From: Lepidodermella squamata
Lineage: Eukaryota > Animalia > Gastrotricha
Assembly: GCA_047495785.1 (NCBI GenBank)
Contig: JBLDXI010000074.1
Span: 310,001 to 374,000, forward strand
Length of the DNA stretch: 64,000 bases
Direction: 5' to 3'
Shown here: piece after piece, positions 12,301 through 24,144 of the stretch
How the letters are laid out: every line of letters begins with the position of its first letter
Position numbering within the stretch: the first letter of the stretch is position 1
Notes under the pieces: model-generated
Told to the model about the DNA's origin: nothing
The model's input: only the letters and a program-made list of their open reading frames with translations
Databases searched by the model: none
Made by a program: the position numbers and the translations under genes

Positions 12301-15180
12301 GTAGGTATAAAATAGTCAAAACAACTCAACAAGTCGGATAAAAAACTCGTGAGAAAAATATTTTTCAAACCCCTAAAATAAAAATTAACAACGTTAAGTG
12401 ATTTAATCTAGCCGCAAATTCCAAGCAACTCTCAACTCTCGGATGAAAAGGCAACACCATCAATACCATCTTCTTCATTGACAGTAATGATGGTGTTGGA
12501 TGTTGGTAAGGGTATCCGATTTACCCAAACCTTCGCCATCCGGTCGACTGGTTAAGCCGTGTTGCCGCCAGGTAGAGCAAGGTAGCCACATGGTTAAGCC
12601 GGATAGCCGCCAGGGTATCCACCAGGTAAAGCCGGGTTGCCAGCTGGGAACAGATTGCGCGCAACAGCTTGAGAGGAAGATGGGTTGGCAGTAGATGGGG
12701 TAGCAGTTGGTTGGCGGCCAGGAGTTGCTTCACTTGGGGTGACGAAGTCACAAGTGAAGTTCGCTGGCGGAGTAGCTATTACGACCTCATAATTAAACAA
12801 CGGCGAGGGAAGAGGCGGCCCTGGTGGAGCTATTTTCGGCGATGACCATTTATATTCATTCTTTGGACCGTGTGGGATTTGTGGCTTTCGGATGGGCGGC
12901 GGCGACGGTGAGTCGCTGAACAGAGGCAGCGGCTGCACGAGCTGCCGAACACTTAGGGTCAAGTTTCAGACAGTGTGGCTTAATCGAGCCGAGGCATTCT
13001 TTTTCGTGAGCAGTATTATCGGATTGAACGAAAAACGCTAATGGTACGGCTTTGTTGTTACCAGCATTGATTCCCAGCAATGTACAAAACGCGTGGCCGT
13101 GTTTTGTGACGTTTGCATTGGTTGCATCGAGAAAATACATGTCATACAATGACTGTTAAGCAATTTGTTCTTGTTGCCAGGTAGTCATCATGACAAGAGC
13201 GCTTGTCGTTGTCTTCTTCGACCATTTTTGAGACGCTAGCAACCTCGATAGAAGCGAACATTCCCATCTCGGAGGCAGTGTGCCCTTTCACAACCGTTCG
13301 GTAACCGTTCATAGCGTAACCGGGCTTCCAAACCTCCTTGCGGCATGACAAACGATGGAGGTGGAGGTGGAAACGGGATAGGCGCGGTGACGGGATAGGT
13401 GGGTACGGGTTGACAACGATTTCTAAGCTCAACCACCTCCCAGAAGCCCAACCCACGAGATGCTTTAATGGCTGTGGCGATGGCCTTCACACTACACGAT
13501 TCCTAATGGGGGCTAACGTAATGTTCTGTAGAATGAAAGGGATGTACAGCAATTTCCAGTCGTGTTCACCACTCATGGAAGCAGCTGCTTCGCCAACCTG
13601 GGACCTAGATAGTCTGAAATCAAACTTAGCATCGAGGATGCCGTCTGATGCAAAAGCCGTATGTGCCATGGTCTTTACATAGAACTCGATCTCAGACTCG
13701 GGTTCGGGCAGAAATCGATTTTGGAAATGAATTTGAAACTCTAAGAAAGAATTCGGCCGAACCTGCGACTGTTTTAGCCCCAAATTCTGGAGACCAAATT
13801 TGATTGAAGATAGAAAACCCTCGCTCTGCCTCGGTGCTGTTCGCTGGTTTCTCTAATATTTTTGCCAGCTGGCCTTGTGGCACTTGACCACGCTTGGCTT
13901 TTCGGAAGTCGGAACCGCCTGGTGGCAATCTTCACATCGTACTTGAACGATTTATCCTAAAGAATGCAGCTCTGCTTCGCCTTGCGGATGCCGATCAACA
14001 CAAGGTGCAACAGGCCTTTGATCAGCGGGCAAACGACTTACATACATCAACAGTTTCCGGAGTATCCGTAGTAGGCGGATATTTTAAATTAGGTGGATAG
14101 TGGGGATTATAGGTCTAATATGATCCGTATGATCGCCTGCATCGCCTGGATCGACGACTCGGTCAGCTTCAATGATCATATTCTTCAGAATATCGAGATA
14201 CTTCGCGACTCTTGCAGCGTCTCTAAGACAATTTAAAGCAGAATTTGGGCACACGATCGATCTTAATTTCTTTGATCATATGCATGCAGCATACGGAATT
14301 CAACGGATCCGGTGATCTTGTAGATCGAGATAGCACGAATTAGCAGAAATTCCTCTCTTTGATTGAAAAGAGTATCACAGCCGTGAATTTCATGATGTAG
14401 TCGCGTCGACATGATGTTAGTTGAGAAACGCGTTATTTTCAGAAGTTTTTTCATTCATTTTCAAGCAAATGCAAGCAATACATAACGAATTAATTGGACA
14501 CTAAATATTAGCTAGTGTTGAAAGTGGAAAATTAAAAACAATATTATTGCCAATAATGCTGATAATAATGAAAATAGTTGGAATAATGGTTATACGGTTC
14601 ATTGAAATTTGATTCTGAATTCATTTTTAGATTTGGCATCATTCCTGTGGTGAAAAATGGCGCACCCCTGCTGCCTGCAGATGACATGTTCAGGACCGAT
14701 CTTCCGCCAGCTCTGAACCTCATTTCACTCGAGAAACGATGCAGCCGCAAATTCTGGCGCCAACCTTTTGCCGTCGTTCGACTCGTTATTGAGGCGCGTC
14801 AAACTTCGTCCTTGAATATGAAAGCAATTCGCAAGTCACTACCAGCATTGTCACCCGAAAAGCCTTCGCAGAATAATGAAGAGGACAATGTTGAAGGTAC
14901 CAACGAGGTGGTTGAAAGTGACCAACAAAACGAAGAAGAATCTGAATCGGATTCTAGCAGCGAAGCGGGCGAAAATCTCGAGGAATGTTATGCCCTCTTA
15001 AATTATCTAAGATCTGAGTTCCCACGCCGGCTTCAAGCCATATGCCGTACTGTTATTTTGCGCAATTTACCAATAGGCCCGAAACGGGCTGATCACGTCA
15101 AATCGCTGGATTTGCCGCCTCCTCTCATTTCGTTTTTATTGCTGCAAGATCTTGATCTACCTCCAGTTTGTTCTAACTGA
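9314..15180 (+). CDS. Ankyrin-repeat/SOCS-box (ASB-like) protein, stand-alone paralog (~456 aa; exons 9314-10134, 14631-15180)
   Basis: Aligns to the C-terminal half of the chimeric gene (EIRFAMANAI vs [10 protein letters not shown]; SYPLLNFAIK vs [10 protein letters not shown]; NIFR|FGIIPVVKNGAP vs [16 protein letters not shown]). SOCS box PRRLQAICRTVI..LDLPPPLISFL. Phase-2 GT-AG junction. Confidence 0.85.
10135..12150 (-). mobile_element. Crypton-like tyrosine-recombinase transposon remnant (frameshifted) with Pro/Gly/Tyr-rich downstream repeats
   Basis: Minus-strand frames at ~11700-12110 give ENPDNHFCFVRLYRFFINRR..PWFLKP..W..VLGGNTIGGFLRAMM..G..ISMQSNRR..HTGHANVESINQY. This matches the DUF3504/Crypton YR C-terminus (CPV.LY..Y..RP, LG.NTI, NHSLR, TGH.N..S...Y). 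Confidence 0.65.
10780..11000. repeat. 21-bp minisatellite (GYPA(Q/L)P(G/F) heptads on the minus strand)
   Basis: About 9-10 imperfect copies of gagccgggtagccgccaggta; a shorter copy lies at ~12545-12645. Confidence 0.85.
12222..12950 (-). repeat. Second, diverged tandem copy of the 10123-11310 segment
   Basis: aacattttcaggtata..gatacggcttga, aaaatatttttcaaacccctaaaataaaaattaacaacgttaagtgattt and the PLPLFS.SPSPPP..FTC.FVTPSE coding block all recur. Confidence 0.85.
12960..13460 (-). mobile_element. MULE (Mutator-like) transposase fragment
   Basis: YFLDAT..VTKHGHAFCTLLGIN..KAVPLAFFVQSD is the first catalytic Asp region; the upstream YRYER..VRFYRGC segment is FLYWCH-like. Confidence 0.6.
13790..13980. 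mobile_element. hAT transposase fragments
   Basis: Minus-strand PANSTEAERGFSIFNQIW matches the hAT C-terminal dimerisation motif. Confidence 0.5.
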
Positions 15181-15438
15181 TTGATCTTAGAACTGAATTT
15201 TATCAACGAGTTGATTACGTTTATGGTAACCCGTTTCGCAGCTTTTTGTTTTGATTTTTTGAGTTTCGAATTTCACGGCGTTCATTTTGATTCGATTTTA
15301 ATGGTTGATGCGTCGCATCACTAAATATCTTCTTTTCTTCTAGCTGATCGTGGCAATTTAAATAAATTCTCATCAACGTCGGTCATCAACAGTGATAGAT
15401 TAATTTATATAGTTTTAAATCTTAGATTTATTTGTTTA

Positions 15439-18400
15439 ATGAGTGAGAAAAAGGCAAGTTCTGCCCTTCCCGATCTTATCGAGAAGAAGCGCGGCTACGT
15501 TGACCAGCAGCAGATCGAATCGAAGGGCGAAGCTGAAACCTCCGTCTGCCGGTTGCTGCTCAATTTCCGCCGCCGGGAAGGCTTCGGCCCTCGCGAAGCT
15601 GGCTACGTTAAAGTCAACATTTACTTCATCAACCGGAAAGAACTTGACGAATCAGAATCTCGCGATGTCGCTAATACCTACCCAATCCGAGAGAGTGAAC
15701 GCAACGGCTCGGCTGGCGAAATCGGGTTTACACGCATGATTGACCCCGCCAGCACATGCCGCGAATCTACCTTATGCCTACAAGACGCGTTTGATAAGAC
15801 CTCAGATTTCTTCATCGACGTTGACTTGCACATCAAAATGCGAATTGTCAAAATTGAGGTTGAACAATCTGTTCATTTCGGCCGAGTTCGACGCGTGTCG
15901 ACCGGGCTGCGATGCCATGGCATGCACGATCACTGGACTAATGAGCTGTGGCTGCCGAACTGGTCTGTTGATATCGAAAATTCAGCTCTGAAATCGAATG
16001 CTGCTGCTAATTTACTCGGCCTAGCGCCTGAAAAATCCGTTTTCATGGTTCCGATGCGAAAAATCAAACCATGCGACGCGTTGCGAGTTGAATTGGCAAC
16101 TCAGCAGCGTGACATGTGGGTTCCTGAGCTGTTTTTGGCTGCAAAATTGGAAGCAGAAGCTGCAGGTCCTAGGATTACCTTGTTGAAGCCTATTGCTGGC
16201 GTTACAGAGAAGATCGACTCTAATTCTAATGAAAAAATTGAATATCAGGAGAAGCGATCGACCAGCATTGACTCCCTTCTACCGGATATTTTGTTCAGCA
16301 TCGTAAACTGCTTGCCAAGTGAAGACAGACTGAAGGTAAGCCTTGTAATTTTCTGCAATAAGTTTGCGTTCCTCGCGTTATTGCGGAAATCCCTCCATCC
16401 CCCATAAATGGAAACGAAAAATTTCCCAAAACCCAAAACAAGTTCGAGGTCAAACTAGTAAGCAAACAGGAATCGCACAATCGTCTCGAGTCCATGTAGA
16501 GCGCGCATCAATAATACCAAATTGATCCAACAAGTTCAAACTAGTAGAACCAAGTAGAAGGCAAATGCATCTTTATTGATTTATCTTTAGCATCAATTCA
16601 TAATTAATAATCAATAAACACCATCATCTTCTTCTTTCCTTCTCATCATCGTTTCAATGGGCGCTGAGGCTTCTCTTGCGGGAAGTTCCATCAGTTTGTC
16701 CCCCAACGCGCTCGTTTTTGAGCCAGTAGTGGAGGCAAACAAGCGCGTTGAGCATCACTCCAGAAAGTTTGTTTCGCCATCGCTAAATGACAAACCCACA
16801 ATGGCTGAAATCTAATACAAATCTAGTCGCTGGTATCGCCAGTAAAAGATGGAACATCTACCAAGCTATCAGCAAAGGTAACAAGATCGGAGAACCCGGA
16901 GACTTTCTTTGCCTTGTCCTCCGGACGATTCGCAAGCCCGCACATTTTCCGCCCCTTCTGGTGCAGCTCTGCTAGGGCGAAGTAATAGGGCAAAACTTTC
17001 CTGAGCAGCAGATAAAGCAGAGTATCTACTCGCCTGTTTACGTAGCCCTTCAGATGGGTCCACTTAAGCTGCCACCAGAAGTTTTCGATGATCTGCCAGA
17101 AGTAAATGACAAATTATATTAAATGGAAAATTACGTTATTAGTTCGCTGGTATTGCAGGCTGAAATCGCACCACAGCTTACCTTGTTCTGGCCCTATCCA
17201 GTTGTTCCAAAGGTGTGCCTGAACTTCTTCTGGGAACTCCCCGGAAATTGAGTCCCACAACAATATCACATCTTCGTACTAAATAACTCATAAAAATTAC
17301 ATTTCCAAGTTGTTGTCATAATTACCGAGTCGGCAACTTTGATTGTTCTTACCAACTCCATAACCTGCCTTCTCAGCCGCTTGTCTTCGTCACTTGGACT
17401 AAGACACTTCGATGCGGCAGACAGCAAAAAGCGGAAAATGCTTTGCAGCGCATGGAAGTAGCAGAGGATAAATTGGCATGAGGGCCACAGCTTCTTAATA
17501 ATTGAAATAGACTTCTGGCCTTTATCGACCATGAAATTCCTGCAAATTATATCGTAAATTATGTTGAAAAATTATAAGAACTGCTATATAAGACTTTGAG
17601 AGGTAAAACGACCGAGATGGTCCTGGCGACGAGCTCCTTCCTCTTGCCAATACTTGATCAGCTGGTCTTTGGCTGCGAGGAGATATTTCAGCATATGGCA
17701 GGTCGAATTCCAGCTGAAAGTGACAGCAAGAATCAAGGAAAATAGAGCTGCAGCAACGGAACGGACGATTCTTTCAATTCGGAAAACCTTGTGGCGACTA
17801 GATCCGCAACAACCCCGGCGTTCGCTCGCACGCCCTTGGCCACTACATTGACCAAGTCGGCACGAAGGGCGGAGGCGCGAGCCTTGCGAACGAAACACCA
17901 CCTTGCCAGCCGGATGACCTGGCCGGCAAAGGTGATGACGGTGAAAAAAAAGCGAGGCGTAGTAGTCGTGGCAAGCTAAGTCTTATTTATACGTATTAAG
18001 CTGAATAGTCTTGAACCATCTTGAGCATAAACAATTCCTCAATCAATTATGTTCAACTGTTCTAAGTAACACCGGCGATTCGTAGGATGGGGTTGCAATT
18101 TTGACCATTTTGTCGAGTAATTGTAACCTCCCAGGATGCTGATATTAGCAAAAGTTGCAGGGTTTCCACTAAGTCGCGGATTTTCAGATGTTTGTAGTGT
18201 TTTGTGAAAGGCGATGCCTGCGCTATTTGTGAACTTCGTTGTTTAGACATTGATTTTTTAAATTATTCTTCTTGCATTTAGTCGCTGATTTCATTGTCGG
18301 GAACTTGCCGACGTCTGCGCGACCTGTTTCGCCACCCATCCTTGTACAACTCTGTCGATTTCAAAGAGTTCTCACCTGCTCATCTCACAGAAGCCGTGCT

Positions 18401-21400
18401 CAACTTTGTCGCCGAGCGAGCAACGCAGATGAGGCATCTGCGAATCGCCTGGTTGCAGCATATGCCCGGAAAAGCTGATTTCGCTTCGTTTTTACGCAGC
18501 CTCAAGCCGACGCTAACGTCATTCATCGCCGAATCATGCCCAGTTGTCGACGACCAGCTGCTTCGTGTCCTCGTTCAAACTCAACCTCACATCGAAACGC
18601 TGGATTTAGCGCGTAAGTTTAAATAATTTTTTCTTGAATTACTGATGTGTCCAAATTGATTTGACATCTTCAATTTAAGCCTTATGATGTTACTTTTGAA
18701 ATACCAAAGTATAAAAAATTTAAAAATCGAATGTTACCTGTAGTTTTGCTTAAAAGATCAAAGATCCGAGAAACCTTTCAAGTAGATTTGTAGATTTGAA
18801 GTAGATTCAAGAGATGTGCTTTTTGAAGACATGATATTTACACTGATACACTGATACACTGATTTATTGTTGCAATTTGTCTCGCGACGTTTAGCAATTA
18901 AAAAGGGTCGAGGCGCCTCACCACCGATATAGTATATTGTTCTAGTTCACAGGCAATGTTTTTAGTATATTTTACAAAATTAAAATGAGAGCTATTTACG
19001 ACCTCAGAGGGTATAGAATTCCACGCCGCACGCACACGTCGCACAAATGAATATTGATAGTTCATTTTTCTGAACTTCTCCATCACAACCGCATGATTTG
19101 GCAATCGACCGTTTTTCGATATAGTGAAGAAACGAGAAAATTGTTCGTCCACCATATTCAGATAAAGCTTATGGCAGAGAGCTAGATCGTGCAGAAAACG
19201 ACGCATCTCTAAGGATAACATTCCTAATTTCCGAAGTCTTTCTTCATATGAGGCACCTTCAATTGTCGAGTAGTATGTGCTGCGATATAATAATCTTTTT
19301 GTGAAACGGGCTTGTACAGATTACGCCCATAGTTTCAGCATCTCATGAAGAAGATGAAATATTTTGGTGATTTTTGAAAGCCGGCGGTTATTGTGTGGGC
19401 CGTGGTGGCGGTTTTCTCCATATTTTAATGGCTCCAACGGCGGCGTCATCGGTGCAACCTGCTGAACAGCAGCGGTCTCTCCAGCGGTGTGAACGAAAAA
19501 CCTTTCTTCACAGTTCGAAGATTTCATGTTGGCCATAACGGAGGCGTCTTCCGTAACAACCGGCTGAACAGCAGCGGCCACTTCGCTGGCTTCTTCAGCG
19601 GTCTCAAACTCGCGACTCATTTCGATACTAGAATCCAGGCAAACAGCCTCGTGAACTCGTAACCCGACTTCTGCTCCTTGCGAATGTTGCTCCTCGCCAT
19701 CAAGCTCATGCACTTCAAGCCTTAGGGGGTCATTATCACCCTGGGCCTGCAAGGTTAGTTGCTGGGTGACCTGATTTGAGGTCTCGGTCTCGCAGCTCGG
19801 TTTGACAGGCGGAACTAGAGCTGAAGCCTGTAATGGGCGGTGTCTGTCTGCGAGACTCAGCAGATTCTCAATTAATGCATTTTAAATCGAAATTTGCGTC
19901 CTGTTAGGAAAGATGATAACCACTTGAATAGACATTCATTAATATTAAACGATTTCAAGACGCCGAGAAGTTAAGCGTGTGGGACCGCATCGAAAGCTTT
20001 AGAAATTTCAAAGTATGGTATTGAATCGGTACTGAAGCATGATTTCAAGATTGAACAGAAGTCTATCGAAAGTAAATCGTCAAATACTATCTTCACGAAG
20101 TTAAACTTTTTACTATCCTCCCCAAAGACGGGTCGATTTTACAGGTGATATACCAGCGTAAATGATTAAATTCACGGATTTTCATGGCCCACGACGATAA
20201 GCGTCGTCACGGTTCGTCGATCGGGCGCCACGGCCATTTCGACTCGTCCCACGAAAAGAGTGCGTCTTTTAAAAGAACAACGTAGGCTTCGCGGCAGAAA
20301 AAGGGGATAGCCCTCATCATCGAAGGATTGGCTTTTTGCAAGCACCAAAATAGTGTCCTAGCGAACCGCATCCAAAAGATGTTATATCGGTCTGTCGGCA
20401 GATCGTGCAGCCAGACTTGCTGGCGGCATGTCCACAACGGGCAACTGCCTCGGCAGGCGAGCCGACGACGATGAGCCGAACTCTGCCACGAAACGGGAAA
20501 ACAAATTTGCAACTATATTGGTTCGGGATTATCCTTCAAAAACTATTTTTCAAAGATACGGTACGCAGGCAGGTTGAATGAAGAGTTGAATGAAGAAAAG
20601 GCAAATCGCACGTCCATTATTCTACCAATTGTTGTATGCCAATTGTCAACGATATCGTAATTTCCTACCATTCTCTCGAATATTTGTACGAACGAGAAAA
20701 ATAGACGCATATTTGACTTGTTGAATCGCCAAAGGCAAGCCAGATTCTATGAGTAAGCAATTGAATGAATCCGCCAATAACGCATTCTTATCGTTATCAT
20801 AAATCCCTACCTTCCATCAATTTGGTTTCATACTGATTAATAAGTTGTTAGTACTGATGAAGCTTATACAATGTTTTATCAATTTAGGATGCCACGCAAT
20901 CTCACCCGAGGCTTTTCGATGCGTTTCTCAACTCACCGAGCTACGACGAGTTTCTTTTTACGACACCAACATCTCCGAGGCGTCTCTGCTCATGATTTTC
21001 GACAAATGCGAGAAACTCGAGGCAATCAACATTGGCGCGTTGCAGCATTTCAACGCATGCGATGGCAATATCGACAAGGTTGTAACGAAAATTGCCGAAA
21101 AGTACGGTGCCACAACTCTCCGCGCTATCTACCTGTATTTCGTCAAATTGTCTAACAAATGCTTGGTCAACGATTTTCTACCTCGCTGTGGTCGTTTGGA
21201 AGAGTTGTTCATGGGTGGCTTTTGCGGCTCGGGCGAGTGGAATGCGGAAACTTATCGCCTGCTAGCTGTTTCTTGCCCGCGGCTTCGTCGTCTTTCGATT
21301 GCAGCTGTCTCGAAGAAGGCCGACGTGAAGTCGTCAGACGTTGTCAGTTTCACAAAGCATCTCAGCAAGTTGGAGCACCTGACGCTGATTCCAACCGATG

Positions 21401-24144
21401 CTAATCCTTCGGTAAGCTCAATTTCAATATCTCTGGAAAAATCATATGAAAGTAATAACTGCTATTTAATTTACCTTTGAGTAAGTAGTGTTACGCAACA
21501 CGCATTAATATAGGGCGACGACTATCAATTCTAATACCTGAAATACTTGCGGCAAAACTGTAACAGCAAAAAAGTCAACAAGAATAAAAAATGATAGCAA
21601 TTAGCGAAAAATCGATTTCATAGACAAAAGCAAAACGGAAAGGCGATCTAGTGTAACAAAAATAAAATCCCCTTGGGCCACGGGAGCGGAACCGACACAA
21701 AATCGTCAACAATTTCGTGAATTTCGTGAATAGATTTATTAATGGCTCTATATTTCGGAACTCGGCGGCGAATTCGGCCGTGATGCTCTCCTGGTTTTAT
21801 TTGGTCGACTTTCGCAGCGGCCTCGGTGTCTTCGTCGCGCAGCAACGCAACAAAATTCCACATCGGCTACCGTCGACCTCCAGCCAGTTTGGTCACCTTA
21901 GAAGTATAGCTTTCGCCGATGTTGCTGGTGCGATGACGTTCACGGCTTCGTCTGCCTCGACGCGGCCTCGTAGTACCATTGATCACGCCAATATTTGATG
22001 AATGGTCGAAGTGACGGCAGCAAAGATTCGAGATTCTGGCCGCAAAAGTCACTTCGACCGCGTCCAGAGGCAGCAGCGCTAGCGCCATGAATCGTCGAAC
22101 CAAGCGGCGGAACACCGGAACATGCCGATAGCGACGCCAGTGACCATTTTCTTTACTATCGATAGTAAACAGTTACAATAGTGGAAGAAGTACCCGATTA
22201 TTTTCAAAAAATAGTCGCGAATTAATGGCAGAAAACCGTTGTCGACGGCAAATTCCTCCTCGAGAACGCGAGGCAGTTCCTCCGCTTTCATAGACGAACA
22301 CGACATCATCGCAAGTAAATTTGAAGGTTGAAGGTGAAGAAATACTTGGGTGGCGTATTTGACGTCGTCCTTAGAAACGTTGCAGTGTTTCCGGCGAATG
22401 TCGCTACGATATAATGCAGAGTAAATGCAGCATATACAGATGATGGGTTGCCAAATAGTCAGAATTGTCGGCGAATGTCGCGGAATATTTACAATATAGT
22501 GTGACGGCTGCCATGTCATTCAGTGGAAGAGGGGTTGCTGCTTTATGGACGCCGACAACAGCGTAGAACGCGTAATTGTACTTGGTGACGAAAGAAAACG
22601 TTGCATCTTCAGCCTTCAGCCATTCCTGTTGATCCTTAGGCATCAGACCAATAAGAAAAGGTTTACCAGTACCAGCGGGTCGATAACAAAGGACTTCTTG
22701 AGCTTGTTCGTCGCTCTTATTGTCGTTTAAACAAATTCAGCCGTATTACATGCATCACTGCCAGATACCCTGCGAAAATGGTAACAATTAAAAAGCCATT
22801 TCAAAGGCATAGATCAACCCAGCAAGCTGCATTTCTTTGCGTTTGAGGGCATAGATGTCAACCTGATCCACGTAAAACCGCCTATCGTCAAGCTATAATG
22901 TCCCTCTCCTCCGCCCATCGACGGCTTGTCCAGTAGTAGTTCGAGTGTAGGATTGTATGAATATTTCAAAGAAGTTAGTAAAGGATAATATGAAACTCCG
23001 ACTTCAACTTTCTCCAGGATGGTATAAGTACCGTTGAAAGGACCATGAACCCCGTAAGAAACATAAGCTGGGAAAGCGAGTAGTAAGCGGGAGGATTGAC
23101 TATCCTCACTTCGCGCACAGCAACAATTGTTCAAAATTATGGATTAAATGAACCTGAGGGGCTTCAACAACAAACCGAAACTGTTGGAAAGTCATTTGGC
23201 CGTTCGCGTTGCCAAATTTCGGGTACAGCTGATTAGTTCGCTATTCATCGGCGCCCTTAGGAAAAGCTACATAACCAGTTGGAGGTATATTCTTGGGGAC
23301 GCAGTGTATCTTGGTTCCACTAGCAAGTTTTTTGTGACGTATGGCAAGCTTCCAGTCGCTGCCATAGACTTTCGGCTAAAGCTCTTTTCAAAATAATCTC
23401 AAAGCCCTCTTTAATTCACCCATATTTTTTCCAAACATCTTGGAATATTGAGAACCCATCGCATTGACGATGAAATGAATGATGAAAAGGAAATGGCAAT
23501 CAATCATAAAAAGTCTAATGATTGTATAATTTTATTTTTAGAACGTTGCCGACATTCTAGACGCTTGTCCACAATTGCGTCACCTAGTAATAGCCAGCAA
23601 AAATGTTTCGTCCGAAGCAGCTAAGGCGCTGGGCGAGGATTACCCCAACTGTCGTATCGAATGCCACGAGCCGCCAAAAGAGCGCCATCCAGCGCACGAA
23701 CTGAGCGACGACGACGATGAGTTTGATTCGATGGATGAAATGGAGGAAGAGGAGGAGGGAGACCTCGATGCTATGGCTGCACTCGGGGCAATGGATGCGA
23801 GGGCAGCCTTTGCTGCGTTTTTCGCTCAACATCTGGGCGGAGGTGGAGCTGACGATGAGGATGATTGGGAAGGTTTTTTCTTAAATTTCTCGTCGAGCAT
23901 TAAGTAATTCTTAATCTTGTTCTTTATTTGATTAGGAGTAAGTGACGAATATGAGGACGATTCCGAAGGGTCTTGGGAAGACGAAGACGATGATGGCGAA
24001 GAGGGCGAAGAGGAAGGAGAAGAGGAGGAAACTGAGGAGAAAAAGGCGACTGCCTCTGGCGGCACCAAGCGCGATAAGCCAAATAATGATAAAGCAGCTG
24101 GCTCGAAAAAGCCGGACCAGAAATGGCTCGACAACGTCGATTGA
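15439..24144 (+). CDS. FBXL4-like F-box/LRR protein, stand-alone paralog (~763 aa; exons 15439-16335, 18282-18612, 20888-21411, 23542-23872, 23936-24144)
   Basis: The N-domain is shared with gene 1 (STCR..F..DF(F/A)..DVDL..FGRV..GL.C.G.HDHWT..W.P.W). F-box IDSLLPDILFSIVNCL..|SLISLSGTCRRLRDLFRHPSL, then LRRs, then a long acidic tail ending KWLDNVD. Junction phases are compatible. Confidence 0.85.
16780..17545 (-). mobile_element. MULE transposase remnant (appears to be spliced)
   Basis: FMVDKGQKSISIIKKLWP..FILCYFHALQ contains the second Asp and the CxxH motif. IIENFWWQLKWTHLKGYVNRRVDTLLYLL is the catalytic Glu region. Confidence 0.7.
17584..17800 (-). mobile_element. hAT transposase fragment
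   Basis: SWNSTCHMLKYLL resembles the hAT TRWNSTxxMLxR motif. Confidence 0.55.
18840..19320 (-). mobile_element. 5'-truncated CR1/L2-group LINE 3' end with tandem-repeat tail
   Basis: VQARFTKR..SYEERLRKLGMLSLEMRR..DL..YSFVRRVRAAWNSIPSEVV, followed by a short (ATCAGTGT)n tail at ~18841-18863. Confidence 0.8.
21648..22130 (-). mobile_element. MULE transposase C-terminal fragment
   Basis: RRLVRRFMALALLPLDAVEVTF and MWNFVALLRDE are typical of the insertion and C-terminal regions of animal MULE transposases. Confidence 0.55.

Noticed and set aside
19321-20512. 143-aa and 101-aa intronic ORFs
   Set aside because: Non-ATG starts, no family motifs, and embedded among TE fragments.
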